Source of the DNA: a virus | Lineage: Duplodnaviria > Caudoviricetes | DNA: 39,650 nt | IMG/VR virus record: IMGVR_UViG_3300012910_000001 | Span: 1 to 39,650 of that record | Strand: one strand, 5' to 3' | Shown: positions 1 through 9,436 of the stretch, one piece after another | Layout: each line of letters opens with the position of its first letter | Numbering within the stretch: position 1 is the first letter of the stretch | Program-made: the position numbers and the translations under genes | Notes under the pieces: generated by a model | Told to the model about the DNA's origin: nothing | Database searches by the model: none | The model's input: only the letters and a program-made list of their open reading frames with translations

Positions 1-123
1 GGATCTATTATTAGCCAGGAAAATGAGTTCTTGTTTGACTCTATTTTTTTCGTTCTCGATTTCGATAAGTTGTTGTTTGATCTCAAGCTCTTTGTATTGC
101 AAATCTCGATATTTTCCAGATGA
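1..123. repeat. Terminal direct repeat, copy 1 (identical to 39528-39650)
   Basis: Exact 123-nt match between the two ends of the window. It falls inside a gene, so it is most likely an assembly circularisation overlap. Confidence 0.95.
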
Positions 124-738
124 TTGAACCCATTCTTTAGAATTGATTTCTTCAGCTTCTTTATATGAAGGGGATGGTGGATCTTTTCTTTGAACTCTGT
201 CCCAGAACTCCATTTCTTTTTCAATGAGTCGAATAGTATAGTCATTATCTTTTTTAACCTTAAAGATTGTAAAGTCAGAGTCAGAAACATAACTCATATA
301 GTAGCATTCAGATAGCCCAGTTACTTCCATCTGATGTTGCAATTGAGGCATATACTTTTCAGGTACAATTTCCTTTTTTGCAAGATTATGATCTTCTCGA
401 CCCGGACACTTTATCTCAACTAAACATTTACCTTCCAGTTCAAATCCATCTAAGCTCGCAGACATCCAAGAATGATCAGGATGGACTAATACCCTAGGGG
501 TCATGAGATAACCCGTCTCAGCCTCAAATAATGCAAGAGCTTTAGGTTCCAGCTCAATACCTCGTCTCATCGAATAGTTTGAACTGGAAAGAGATTCTTT
601 TGGGTTGGTTTTTTCATGATAAAGCTGCAAAGAAGTTTTCCAAGGACTTACTCCAAAAATTATCGGAGCGTCACTTGCCCCGATATGGTTTCGTCTAAAT
701 TCGTGCCATTCAGCACTTCTTTGTTCAAGATGCATCAT
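1..738 (-). CDS. YqaJ/lambda-exonuclease-like recombination nuclease, N-terminal part (continues across the origin to 39366; about 299 aa in total)
   Basis: Not in the ORF track. Manual translation gives MMHLEQRSAEWHEFRRNHIGASDAPIIFGVSPWKT..., with later SASLDG and VEIKCP motifs. It is in frame with ORF 39366..39629 after circularisation and sits next to the RecT-like gene. Confidence 0.9.
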   Translation of the reverse strand, partial: MMHLEQRSAEWHEFRRNHIGASDAPIIFGVSPWKTSLQLYHEKTNPKESLSSSNYSMRRGIELEPKALALFEAETGYLMTPRVLVHPDHSWMSASLDGFELEGKCLVEIKCPGREDHNLAKKEIVPEKYMPQLQHQMEVTGLSECYYMSYVSDSDFTIFKVKKDNDYTIRLIEKEMEFWDRVQRKDPPSPSYKEAEEINSKEWVQSSGKYRDLQYKELEIKQQLIEIENEKNRVKQELIFLANNRS

Positions 739-1513
739 CTTTTTCCTCAAGTATTGATTGTTGATATTCAGAGCTCTTCATCAAGAAAGCTTTTTTTGTG
801 CCCTCGTAGCAAGAAAGTGGAAGCATGGAAAGAGATTCTATTTTCTTCTCTTTTACTAACCTATCATTGAATCTGATTTGGAATTCAGGAGAACATAAAA
901 GTAGTAATGACTCCAACTCAGCACATTGTTCTTCAGATATGGTTGATTCAGATTGGATAACTTCTTCATAGGCAACTGTTTGCATGGAATTCTTTTCTGC
1001 TTCAATAGCTGATGAAATTTCACCTTCAACATAACAACCCTTAATTACATCCGCAAAAAGCTGTCTTGCTAATCTTGTCAAAGCTCGAGCAAAAAGCATG
1101 TCATCAGGGTATTTCTCCCATACATTTTTATAGATACCAGCCATCTTAGCCTCTTTAATGCTAAAGCTTGCTGTCCAGGTATCACCATTGTCTGACCTCT
1201 TTCCTTTTAGAATGCAAATTTCTGAAGTAGATTTTTCATCTTTTATGATGCTATGACCTTGATTCCGAATCATATAATTCATGGTATTTGCTGAAAGTTC
1301 AACTTTTCCATTTACAAAATACATAGCTCCATTAAGTGCATCTAAAGGATTTAATCCAATACTTCTTGATTTCTGTACAATTGTGTAAATCCCTACCTCA
1401 CCCATTTTAGCGTAGTGAGGGGTTTTCATAAGAGCAGCACACATTTTCTGAGTTTGCTCAATTTCTTTTAAAGATTTAGAAAATTCATCTTCATGTTGTA
1501 AGGATAAAGTCAT
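725..1513 (-). CDS. RecT/Red-beta-like single-strand annealing protein
   Basis: GLNPL..MYFVNGKV and W.KYP..ML.ARA motifs; paired with the YqaJ gene. Likely start is the ATG at 1513. Confidence 0.8.
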   Translation of the reverse strand: MTLSLQHEDEFSKSLKEIEQTQKMCAALMKTPHYAKMGEVGIYTIVQKSRSIGLNPLDALNGAMYFVNGKVELSANTMNYMIRNQGHSIIKDEKSTSEICILKGKRSDNGDTWTASFSIKEAKMAGIYKNVWEKYPDDMLFARALTRLARQLFADVIKGCYVEGEISSAIEAEKNSMQTVAYEEVIQSESTISEEQCAELESLLLLCSPEFQIRFNDRLVKEKKIESLSMLPLSCYEGTKKAFLMKSSEYQQSILEEKDDAS

Positions 1514-1515
1514 GA

Positions 1516-1851
1516 TTAATCTCCGTAAGTTTCGTAGTATTTTCGGTCTTCCCAATCTTCTAATATTAGCTGCGTCATTAGTTTGAAATCATCATTAAGG
1601 GCAGCTATATGCTTGTCATTTAGGGCTAGTTTCTTTACTATTTCCAAGGCTTGAGGAAGCTCATTCTCGTAGCTGCAAGCAATGGTTGCCGCCATTGCTT
1701 CAGCGTAGAGAGGATCAATTACCCTGTAAAGCCGCTTTACAGCCTCTGCTTTATAGTCTTCCATTTGAGATTCAATATACATATCTGTTTCTTGTTTTCT
1801 AGTAAGTTGTTGCATATATTCCTTTGCCATTTCAGCTGGGGTTAAAAACAT
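1516..1851 (-). CDS. Hypothetical early protein
   Basis: 111-aa ORF with AGGAG RBS, in the leftward operon. Confidence 0.7.
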   Translation of the reverse strand: MFLTPAEMAKEYMQQLTRKQETDMYIESQMEDYKAEAVKRLYRVIDPLYAEAMAATIACSYENELPQALEIVKKLALNDKHIAALNDDFKLMTQLILEDWEDRKYYETYGD

Positions 1852-1852
1852 G

Positions 1853-1933
1853 TTAATCTCCTATAAGCATTAGTAAAAATGTAGTGCATATAATTAAAAT
1901 AAGTCCTGTTACAGTTTTTAAGTAATCATTCAT
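1853..1933 (-). CDS. 26-aa single-transmembrane peptide (MNDYLKTVTGLILIICTTFLLMLIGD)
   Basis: Manual translation. Overlaps the stop of the upstream ORF and ends just before the next ATG. Confidence 0.5.
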   Translation of the reverse strand: MNDYLKTVTGLILIICTTFLLMLIGD

Positions 1934-2054
1934 CGGCTTCACTATCCTTATTCAGTTTAAGTTCTAATAACTTCAAAAGTTCTCTTTTGGTCATTTCCTC
2001 TTCATAATCATCAAAATCCTGTGGTCTCAAAGCTTCAAACCACTCCTGGTCCAT
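1926..2054 (-). CDS. 42-aa acidic hypothetical protein (MDQEWFEALRPQDFDD...)
   Basis: Perfect AGGAGG RBS; first gene of the leftward operon. Confidence 0.65.
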   Translation of the reverse strand: MDQEWFEALRPQDFDDYEEEMTKRELLKLLELKLNKDSEADE

Positions 2055-2165
2055 TTTTCCTCCTTGACAGAATCACATCTCACGTGTTGTAATCACGTAT
2101 ATATTGCAAATGTAACATGCTGTTATCATTTTGTGCAACATGAAAGATTCAAAAAGGATGGATTA

Positions 2166-2420
2166 ATGAAATTAAAAGACTGGATGAAGGAGAATCGTTG
2201 GAGTGTTAAAAGTTTTGCAGAACATATTGGAGTGAGCCGACTAACCATTGATAGAGCCTTGAACAAAGTCAAAGGCACTTTAACTATTGAAACGATGATG
2301 ATGATTGAAAAGTCGACTAATGGAAAGGTCAAATGCAAAGATCTATTTCCAAGGCAGGAAGAATCGAAAGAAAAAAAGAATAAGAAAAATAAAGACAAAG
2401 AAGAAAATAGCGCGAAATAA
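2166..2420 (+). CDS. Cro/XRE-like helix-turn-helix regulator
   Basis: MKLKDWMKENRWSVKSFAEHIGVSRLTIDRAL...T.GKV...DL pattern; divergent from the recombination operon; likely start is ATG 2166. Confidence 0.8.
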   Translation: MKLKDWMKENRWSVKSFAEHIGVSRLTIDRALNKVKGTLTIETMMMIEKSTNGKVKCKDLFPRQEESKEKKNKKNKDKEENSAK

Positions 2421-3000
2421 ACAGAATAGGTTGATATTTTTTGATAACGCATCGTAAATTTCTTTAAAAACTTCATACATATTTTTTAAATTACTGTATT
2501 TAGATTTTTATTCAAATAAATATTTAAAGAACTGGGTAGAAATTCAAAAAGATAGGGCAAGGAATTTAGGGGAATGAGATTAAAATAATGATTTTAGTTT
2601 ACGTGAATTTAAAGAGAATGTTAAAACTATTCCATAAACCCAAAGCAATAAAAAACCTTAAATGATACTATCTTTTGATGAATTAATGCAACTATTATTA
2701 TGCGGTAAGATCGATTACTTCACTTATGGAAAGCATTGCTACATGAGATCGGATAGGTTGTTTTAGGTGTATAAGTCTAGCCTAGAAAAAAACTTCTCTA
2801 GGCTAGCCAGAAATTGTCAGACTAAAATTGCCAGGAACAAAAAGAAAAATCATTAAGATGATTTGTCATTTAGGGTTATTTAATTAATATCTACTTTAAT
2901 TAAATAAAAAAAGGTCATTAAACTCAGCAGTTTATGATCTAATCTTAAATTTTTCCGACAATTTCTGCAAACAAAAAGAAAAAGTTTACAGGAGAAATTT

Positions 3001-3876
3001 ATGTCAGACGAAAAAAAATCAATTTGCAGAGTAGTCCACAATAAGAACTATACAGTAGTAAACAACCACATTTGCAAAGACAACACAATATCATATAAAG
3101 CTAAGGGAATTTGGTTATATGCCTTTAGCCGGCCCGATGATTGGCAATTTTATGAATGTGACATAGTTAATAATAGCAATGAGGGAAAAGATTCTATTAA
3201 ATCTGGATTAAAAGAACTTGAAGAAGCAGGTTATTTAGTTAAAGAAAGACGAACCAATCAGAAACATCAATTTATTGGATGGTCATATACATTTTATGAA
3301 GTTCCCAATGAAATTAAAAAAATGTTTCCGAAAGCGGAAAAACCCTATGTCGGGAAAACCTTAGATCGGGAAAACCCGCCCCTACTAAGTACTGAATTAT
3401 TACCAAGTACTGAAGAACAACAACAAAAGGACATATCGCCTGACGGCTCTGTTGTCGCTTTTCAAGAAATGCTAAAAAACACAGGGCTATCCACGAAAGA
3501 TAAAGCCTCCATTATGAATTACGCATTAAAAAATAAAATTTCTCAGGAGGACTTTGCTAATGCGATCAACTTTGTCTTAGCTCCAGACTTTCATGTAAAC
3601 ACTACGTTAACGAAATCAATCATGTGGGCATTAAAAGAGAAGCCCAAACTACCTGAACCAGTCGATGAGAAAAAGAACAAAAAACTTGCGGAATATGCAG
3701 AACAATTTTTACATTCTACAGGATGGAACTTAGAAGCCTTAAACGACAATGTCCTTATTTTTTCAAAAACACCGACAAATAGTAATACTTTTTCAGTCAA
3801 ATATTCAGATTTAATGTTCAAAACCAGATTAGATGCAATATTAATGCAATTAAACTTTAAAAAAAGATCACAATGA
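3001..3876 (+). CDS. Phage replication initiator (N-terminal HTH)
   Basis: NYTVVNN..D..ISYKAKG...SRPDDW...LKELEEAGYL N-terminus typical of phage replisome organisers; internal iteron-like repeats. Confidence 0.8.
   Translation: MSDEKKSICRVVHNKNYTVVNNHICKDNTISYKAKGIWLYAFSRPDDWQFYECDIVNNSNEGKDSIKSGLKELEEAGYLVKERRTNQKHQFIGWSYTFYEVPNEIKKMFPKAEKPYVGKTLDRENPPLLSTELLPSTEEQQQKDISPDGSVVAFQEMLKNTGLSTKDKASIMNYALKNKISQEDFANAINFVLAPDFHVNTTLTKSIMWALKEKPKLPEPVDEKKNKKLAEYAEQFLHSTGWNLEALNDNVLIFSKTPTNSNTFSVKYSDLMFKTRLDAILMQLNFKKRSQ
3335..3414 (+). repeat. Iteron-like repeats, putative replication origin inside the initiator gene
   Basis: CGG(A/G)AAAACC at 3335, 3351 and 3367 (16-nt period), then AAGTACTGAA at 3387 and 3405. 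Confidence 0.6.
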
Positions 3877-4253
3877 TCCTTCTTAAATCATATAGCATTC
3901 CTATTGAGATCGTAAATGAAGCTTCCGGAACTTATTCCAATCAGCATTGGAGAGCTAAAAGCTCTAGGCATAAGCAACAAAAAGCTATAGTGAAAATTAC
4001 TTTGAGAGAACTTTTTATTTATGCAAATAAAGCCATAACTGTAAGATTGATCCGAATTTCCTCAAGAATGCTCGATTGCGAGGATAATTTGCCTTATGAC
4101 TTCAAATGGGTCAAAGATTCTATTGCGGACGTTTTAAAGCCCGGTTTAAGGCCTGGAATGGCCGATGGCAGTAAGTTAATCAAATGGGAATATGCACAAG
4201 AAAAGGGAAAACCTAAAGAAAAAGCAATGAGGGTTGAGATTTATGAAAGTTGA
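3873..4253 (+). CDS. RusA-like Holliday junction resolvase
   Basis: R..LD.EDNL...FK.VKD.IAD motif; size and position after the initiator. Confidence 0.6.
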   Translation: MILLKSYSIPIEIVNEASGTYSNQHWRAKSSRHKQQKAIVKITLRELFIYANKAITVRLIRISSRMLDCEDNLPYDFKWVKDSIADVLKPGLRPGMADGSKLIKWEYAQEKGKPKEKAMRVEIYES

Positions 4254-4440
4254 AAATGAAGAAGAAAAAGTAAACGTGATAACTATTGAAGAAAAAAATT
4301 TAAGGAAATCCTTGATAAGGATCGCTTCATACACTGCTTATGTGACTATGCTATGCTCTAAAGGGATCATTAAATGTTGTGATCAAGGGATTAAGGATAT
4401 AAATGATGAAGTTGAAAAAATCATTGAGGAAATAAAATGA
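4243..4440 (+). CDS. Hypothetical protein
   Basis: ORF overlapping the end of the RusA-like gene. Confidence 0.55.
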   Translation: MKVENEEEKVNVITIEEKNLRKSLIRIASYTAYVTMLCSKGIIKCCDQGIKDINDEVEKIIEEIK

Positions 4441-4512
4441 CGGTCCACAACGAACCGCCAAGTCTTTATCTTAACACACCTAGAAGTGCAAATGTAATTT
4501 AATTTAAAATTT

Positions 4513-4683
4513 ATGTCAAAAAGGAAAGAATTGATGCTCTGCAAGAAATGCAAAACACCTTTGAAATTGAAAGGAACTTACATGGTTGGAATGTTTGTGG
4601 ATTGGTGGGAATGTCCGAAATGTGACGAAAATGAGGAGCCAGATATTGAGAATAAAGAAGAAAAAAATGACGGCTCATTATAA
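4513..4683 (+). CDS. 56-aa zinc-ribbon protein
   Basis: Manual translation MSKRKELMLCKKCKTPL...WWECPKCDE (CxxC...CxxC); below the ORF-track cutoff. Confidence 0.6.
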   Translation: MSKRKELMLCKKCKTPLKLKGTYMVGMFVDWWECPKCDENEEPDIENKEEKNDGSL

Positions 4684-4805
4684 GCCGCCAAATATTCATT
4701 TAAAACATCCTAGATAGGATAGTTTTATAGTAAGTGAAAATTTAAATTTGTGTCAATTTGAAGGTAAATGATGGATTGGATTAGCGTTAAGGATAACTTG
4801 AAATT

Positions 4806-5087
4806 ATGAAAGATAAAGATTTAGAGGATGACCTATTAGAAAAAATTGTACAAGAAATTGCAAAAAATCACCGAAAAATAATTGATGATTGGTGCAAGGC
4901 CTATATGGCTCAATTGTATGAAGAAGGTTATGATATTAAGCCTGGTTCTTTCACTTTGAATGAGCAGGAGGATATGGAACTGTCAAATGGGAAGACGGGA
5001 AAAAGATATTGGTTTGAAAGGGGAGTTCCTCATTATCACCCAAAAGAACAAGATCTGGAGAATAATGGAATTGACGAAAGAGATTAA
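4806..5087 (+). CDS. Hypothetical protein
   Basis: 93-aa ORF in the rightward early operon. Confidence 0.65.
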   Translation: MKDKDLEDDLLEKIVQEIAKNHRKIIDDWCKAYMAQLYEEGYDIKPGSFTLNEQEDMELSNGKTGKRYWFERGVPHYHPKEQDLENNGIDERD

Positions 5088-5221
5088 ATCTACGCTGCGT
5101 GAGATGAAAAGACGACCTTATTATAATCAGGATGAATGATGGATTGGCCAACAGCTTTTTGTTGTGTAGGATGCAGTTTTGCCGCTGCTTTAGCATTATG
5201 GAAAATATTTGATGTGATGCC

Positions 5222-5338
5222 ATGAATTGGATTAGCGTTAAAGACAGACTTCCCAAAGATGATGAGTATGTTTTAGTCTATCATTATGATGATTGCCATA
5301 TAACAGTTGGATATTTTGAAAGTACTAATAGTGGCTAA
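5222..5338 (+). pseudogene. Truncated DUF551-like gene
   Basis: MNWISVKDRLPKDDEYVLVY... but it stops at 38 aa, without the C-terminal WMPLP motif seen in 10834..11037. Confidence 0.55.
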
Positions 5339-5500
5339 AAGAAGAAGTAAAGTAATAATTAGAAAGTCAAATGGTGATATTGTTCATAAAATAAATCCTA
5401 TTACTTTTACTTTCCACAATGGCTCACAAATAATTGACAACTGAATTGACCGCGGTCAATTATTACATAACGTAGATTATCAGACTTTACTATGGACGGA

Positions 5501-5520
5501 TTCGAATCCCTCCTTGCCCA
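5501..5520 (+). other. tRNA 3'-end fragment (T-loop to discriminator), attP-core-like
   Basis: TTCGAAT-CCCTC-CTTGCCC-A fits T-loop, T-stem 3' strand, acceptor 3' strand and discriminator. No matching 5' half upstream. Confidence 0.5.
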
Positions 5521-5849
5521 ATACAAACAAAATCTAGTTTATATATTTTCTTTTAATTTTAGCTTTATCAGCTGTAAGATCCATTCTTGTAATGTTACTC
5601 CAGATTTATAAGCTTCGGATTTAGCTGAAGAATGAACTTCTTTTGGAAGACGTACTGAACAGAACTTCTTATTCTCTTTCATATTTTTCCTAAAAATAAA
5701 AAACTATCGCTAAAGTGCACAATATTATACAAAATTAAAAGCGCACAAATCATACAAACTTATTAAAAAATATGCTGGAGCATTAATATAAGTCTAGGTA
5801 ATTTTGAGTTTGCGGGTAAGTAATTAAAATTTTAAAAATGGAGTCTCTT

Positions 5850-6542
5850 ATGTGCAAAGAAGATATGAATAGAAAAGATTGTTGCTGCTGTATTCAAGGA
5901 CCTCAAGGCCCTGCTGGATTACAAGGAGAACAAGGTATTCAAGGCGTTCCAGGAGCTCAAGGTATCATGGGTCCAGCTGGCGCTCAAGGAGTTCAAGGCT
6001 TACAAGGTCCTCCAGGAATTTGTAGACCAGAAGATTGTCAAGGCGGAGAAAATGGATCTGCTTGTGAATCCTACGCTAACCTATGGGCACAACCGCCTCA
6101 AATTTTAGGTGCCAATGGTGCAGCTAATGACGCAGTATTGTTTCAATTCCAAAATGCTGTTGTCGCAGCTGATTTTGATCTTTCTATGATGGCTATTGAT
6201 GGATCGGTTAAATTCTTAAAATCTGGTATTTACCGTATTAACTATGGCGCAGAAGCAAAAGTTTCTATGCCAATCCCTACTCCAGTGCCAAGCTTTAGTT
6301 TTGGTCTATGGAAAAATGCAGTCCTCATTCCTGGATCTACAATCTCAGGCTATACACAAGCCCCAGCAGATGACACTGTCCAAATCACTGGAGAAGTCAT
6401 AATAAATATTGTTGCTAATGACGTTATCAAGTTGCGCAATGCATCTTCTAATGGCGTTGATATGACTCCAAATACAGTTGGAATTTCATTCCCTGTAACA
6501 GTTGCTACACTTAATATAAATTGTCTTAAATCTTTAGCTTAA
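5850..6542 (+). CDS. Collagen-like protein with BclA/C1q-like C-terminal beta domain
   Basis: Run of Gly-X-Y triplets flanked by Cys clusters; C-terminal F...GIY.I.Y...ANDVIKLRN pattern. Start at 5838 or 5850 (GGAG RBS favours 5850). Confidence 0.75.
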   Translation: MCKEDMNRKDCCCCIQGPQGPAGLQGEQGIQGVPGAQGIMGPAGAQGVQGLQGPPGICRPEDCQGGENGSACESYANLWAQPPQILGANGAANDAVLFQFQNAVVAADFDLSMMAIDGSVKFLKSGIYRINYGAEAKVSMPIPTPVPSFSFGLWKNAVLIPGSTISGYTQAPADDTVQITGEVIINIVANDVIKLRNASSNGVDMTPNTVGISFPVTVATLNINCLKSLA

Positions 6543-6552
6543 TCTTTTGCGT

Positions 6553-6582
6553 TCCCGTTCGCATCATAAACGGGATTTTTTT
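6553..6582 (+). terminator. Rho-independent terminator
   Basis: TCCCGTT/AACGGGA stem followed by T7. Confidence 0.7.
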
Positions 6583-6633
6583 ATTTCAATTTTTTCTTAA
6601 AATTAGTATTTTACATGAAAATAACGAGGTAAA

Positions 6634-6822
6634 ATGCCATCTGAATTATCCATAACTGTAAAAAACGAAGAAAAAAGACAGACAACTAAACATTTGATAT
6701 ATGATGTTTATACCGTTCATGAAGAAGATGAGACCATTAAAGAATTAATCGATCAGGCCATTAAGGAATTTAATGCTGAAGTGGATAAAGTTCAGGTTAA
6801 GATCACAATGGATATGAAGTAG
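6634..6822 (+). CDS. Hypothetical protein
   Basis: 62-aa ORF with GAGGT RBS. Confidence 0.7.
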   Translation: MPSELSITVKNEEKRQTTKHLIYDVYTVHEEDETIKELIDQAIKEFNAEVDKVQVKITMDMK

Positions 6823-7194
6823 TTAAGATTTAAATATAGAGGAAATGAGTAGCAAAGAAGAGAGCAGGTCATAGTTGGTTACAGGCGAATTAATAGCATG
6901 AATTGGTAGATCTTCATATGATTTTATCATCTCATCCAACATTTTTAATTTGTCTTCTCGTGATAATTTTTCTTTGTAAAGCGGCTTTACATCTGAATTT
7001 GCTTCTATAACCTTAACGATAATTTCATTACCTTGTTCATCTACGCGTAAGAAGTTATTCCAGTCAATTGAGCTACATTCCATTTTAAGTCCTCCACTTA
7101 CAGAAATATGACCACAAGTGCAGGTAACATAATCACCTTCATGGAAGCTCTCAATTGTAGATTGGCATAGTTTACATTTGGCTCTATTTTTCAT
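6823..7194 (-). CDS. Zinc-binding hypothetical protein
   Basis: N-terminal NRAKCKLC...IES.H..DYVTCTCG...VSGG motif. Confidence 0.7.
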   Translation of the reverse strand: MKNRAKCKLCQSTIESFHEGDYVTCTCGHISVSGGLKMECSSIDWNNFLRVDEQGNEIIVKVIEANSDVKPLYKEKLSREDKLKMLDEMIKSYEDLPIHAINSPVTNYDLLSSLLLISSIFKS

Positions 7195-7460
7195 TCAAAT
7201 GTCTCGTATTTATCCCAATCAAAATCGGGGAATTTTTCCTTTAGTTCCTGATATACTTGATCGGTCATATCATTGAATTTGTGCTCTTCATATGTTGACA
7301 TATCATTAACTATTTCAAAATTATACCCCTGACAATTTTTCATGGAAATCATTTGAGGTAGGGGGTGATGAGGATGATAAATGCATTTATCGCTAAAGCT
7401 TTTAGGCGCCCACATTTGTTCTTTTGCTGAATAGTCTACGGCAAACCAATATATACCCAT
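7191..7460 (-). CDS. Hypothetical protein
   Basis: GAGGAG RBS; ATGA overlap with the next gene. Confidence 0.7.
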   Translation of the reverse strand: MGIYWFAVDYSAKEQMWAPKSFSDKCIYHPHHPLPQMISMKNCQGYNFEIVNDMSTYEEHKFNDMTDQVYQELKEKFPDFDWDKYETFE

Positions 7461-7533
7461 AAAAATTACTCCTCTTTAATTTTTATTCTTGTATGTGTTA
7501 AAAAATGAATTATTAACATAAAAAGGATTTCAA

Positions 7534-7971
7534 ATGCCAGCACCTAAAGGACATGCTCCATATAATGTAAATGGAGAAGGTGGAAGACCACTTAAATATA
7601 CTAAAGAAATCATAGAGAAATATGCAGATGAATTTGAAAAATGGCTCGAAGACGATGAAAATTTTTGGTTTAAAGATTTTGCTATTAAAAACAAATTCAA
7701 TCCTGAACTATTCCATGTTTGGGCAAAAGAAAATGAAAGGTTTTCTAAAGTTTTAAAAACTGCTAGATTAAAACAAGAATCAAAGTTATTTAAATCTGCA
7801 TTAGTTAATTCATTTAATGCAGGAATTGTTAAATTTGCATTAAACGTTCATCATGGATGGGTTGAGAAGAAAGAGACAGTGCACACAAACAATCCAGACA
7901 ATCCAGTTCCGGAATGGATTATGAAATCAGAAGGCACATCAAAAGACCTAGTGAATGATGACAAAGAATGA
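7534..7971 (+). CDS. terS: Terminase small subunit
   Basis: MPAPKG...GGRPLKY N-terminus; immediately upstream of terL. Confidence 0.8.
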   Translation: MPAPKGHAPYNVNGEGGRPLKYTKEIIEKYADEFEKWLEDDENFWFKDFAIKNKFNPELFHVWAKENERFSKVLKTARLKQESKLFKSALVNSFNAGIVKFALNVHHGWVEKKETVHTNNPDNPVPEWIMKSEGTSKDLVNDDKE

Positions 7972-9436
7972 AAATCCTCTTTCTGATCCATATTGGAGAA
8001 TAAATAATCTTTATCAGATCGTAAATAAGAGTGGTCGCAAGATCACTTTTAATCTTAATTGGGCACAAGAGGAGTTGTATCGCAATATGTGGTATTGCAA
8101 TGTAATTCTTAAGGCTAGGCAACTTGGAATAAGTACTTTTGTCTGTATGCTTTTTCTTGATAGATGTTTGTTTAATCCCAATCAATCAGCTGGAATTATT
8201 GCACATACTCTTGAAGATGCTCAGCAGATGTTTCGGCGTGTTAAAGTAGCATATGATAGTCTTCCTAACGAAATTAAATCTGTAATATCGGCTGATAATG
8301 ATACATCGCAAATGCTTAAATTCTCCAATGGATCAAGTCTTAGGGTCGGAACTTCATTACGTTCAAGTACCTTTCAATATCTTCACATATCTGAGTTCGG
8401 TAAAATATGTGCAAAGTTCCCAGACAAAGCCCAGGAAATTGTTACCGGATCACTTAACACAGTCGAATCCGGCCAATATATCTTTATCGAATCTACTGCT
8501 GAAGGTAGGTCTGGTTACTTCTATGACATTTGCAAGCATGCGGAAAATCAGAAGAAATCCAAGGTTGAGCTTAGTAAATTGGACTTTAGATTTAACTTTT
8601 TCCCTTGGTGGAAAGAACCTTCATACCGCATTGGAAATTCATTTCCTATTAACCAAGAAATGCAAACGTATTTTGCTCACTTGAAATCTTTAGGCATTGA
8701 AATAGATCAAGAACAACAAGCTTGGTACATAGCTAAAGAAGTGATGCAGAAAGAGGATATGCGAAGAGAGTATCCTTCTACTCCTGAAGAAAGCTGGGAA
8801 GTTTCTAATGAGGGATTGTATTATGGAAAATACATGACATTAGTTAGGGCAGAAAAACGTATTGGATTTGTTCCTTATGATGAACAATTACCCGTTCATA
8901 CAGCTTGGGATCTTGGTTATAACGATTCAAATGCAATTTGGTATTTCCAGATTCATAAAAAAGAAATAAGACTTATCGATTACGATGAAGGAAGCGGAGA
9001 ATCTCTTTCCCATTGGCTTGGTGTTCTTAAATCAAAACCGTATGTGTATGGGAAACATATCGCTCCTCACGACATCATGGTTCATGAGTATAGTTCGGGA
9101 ATGACGAGACAAGCAGCAGCTCGTAAAATGGGATTCAATTTCTTGCCTGCTCAAAAGGTAGAAATAATCCCTGGAATTGATGCGGTTAGAAATATGTTAA
9201 ATCGATGCTGGTTTGATGAAAAGAAGTGCGCTAAAGGATTGAAGGCAATAGATAACTACAAGAAAGATTGGGACGATAGAAACGTTTGTTGGAGATCTAA
9301 ACCATTGCACAATTGGTCAAGTCATGGAGCAGATGCCCTACGCACTCTTGCTACTGGATTGAATTATGTAGAGGAAAAAAATTCAGTCACTAGTCATAAT
9401 CCTATGCAATACATACAAAATAGGTTCGCTGGATGA
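7955..9436 (+). CDS. terL: Terminase large subunit
   Basis: ILKARQLGIST (Walker A), LHISE (Walker B), IESTA coupling motif, WDLG and SHGADA nuclease motifs. Confidence 0.95.
   Translation: MMTKNENPLSDPYWRINNLYQIVNKSGRKITFNLNWAQEELYRNMWYCNVILKARQLGISTFVCMLFLDRCLFNPNQSAGIIAHTLEDAQQMFRRVKVAYDSLPNEIKSVISADNDTSQMLKFSNGSSLRVGTSLRSSTFQYLHISEFGKICAKFPDKAQEIVTGSLNTVESGQYIFIESTAEGRSGYFYDICKHAENQKKSKVELSKLDFRFNFFPWWKEPSYRIGNSFPINQEMQTYFAHLKSLGIEIDQEQQAWYIAKEVMQKEDMRREYPSTPEESWEVSNEGLYYGKYMTLVRAEKRIGFVPYDEQLPVHTAWDLGYNDSNAIWYFQIHKKEIRLIDYDEGSGESLSHWLGVLKSKPYVYGKHIAPHDIMVHEYSSGMTRQAAARKMGFNFLPAQKVEIIPGIDAVRNMLNRCWFDEKKCAKGLKAIDNYKKDWDDRNVCWRSKPLHNWSSHGADALRTLATGLNYVEEKNSVTSHNPMQYIQNRFAG

Noticed and set aside
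1-123. Terminal repeat as a biological direct terminal repeat of the virion DNA
   Set aside because: It falls mid-gene and looks like an assembler overlap. True ends cannot be inferred without reads.
2055-2165. Classical CI/Cro switch operators (AATCAC(A/G)T twice, TAACA-N3-TGTTA)
   Set aside because: The motifs are too short to call, and no CI-like gene lies on the divergent side.
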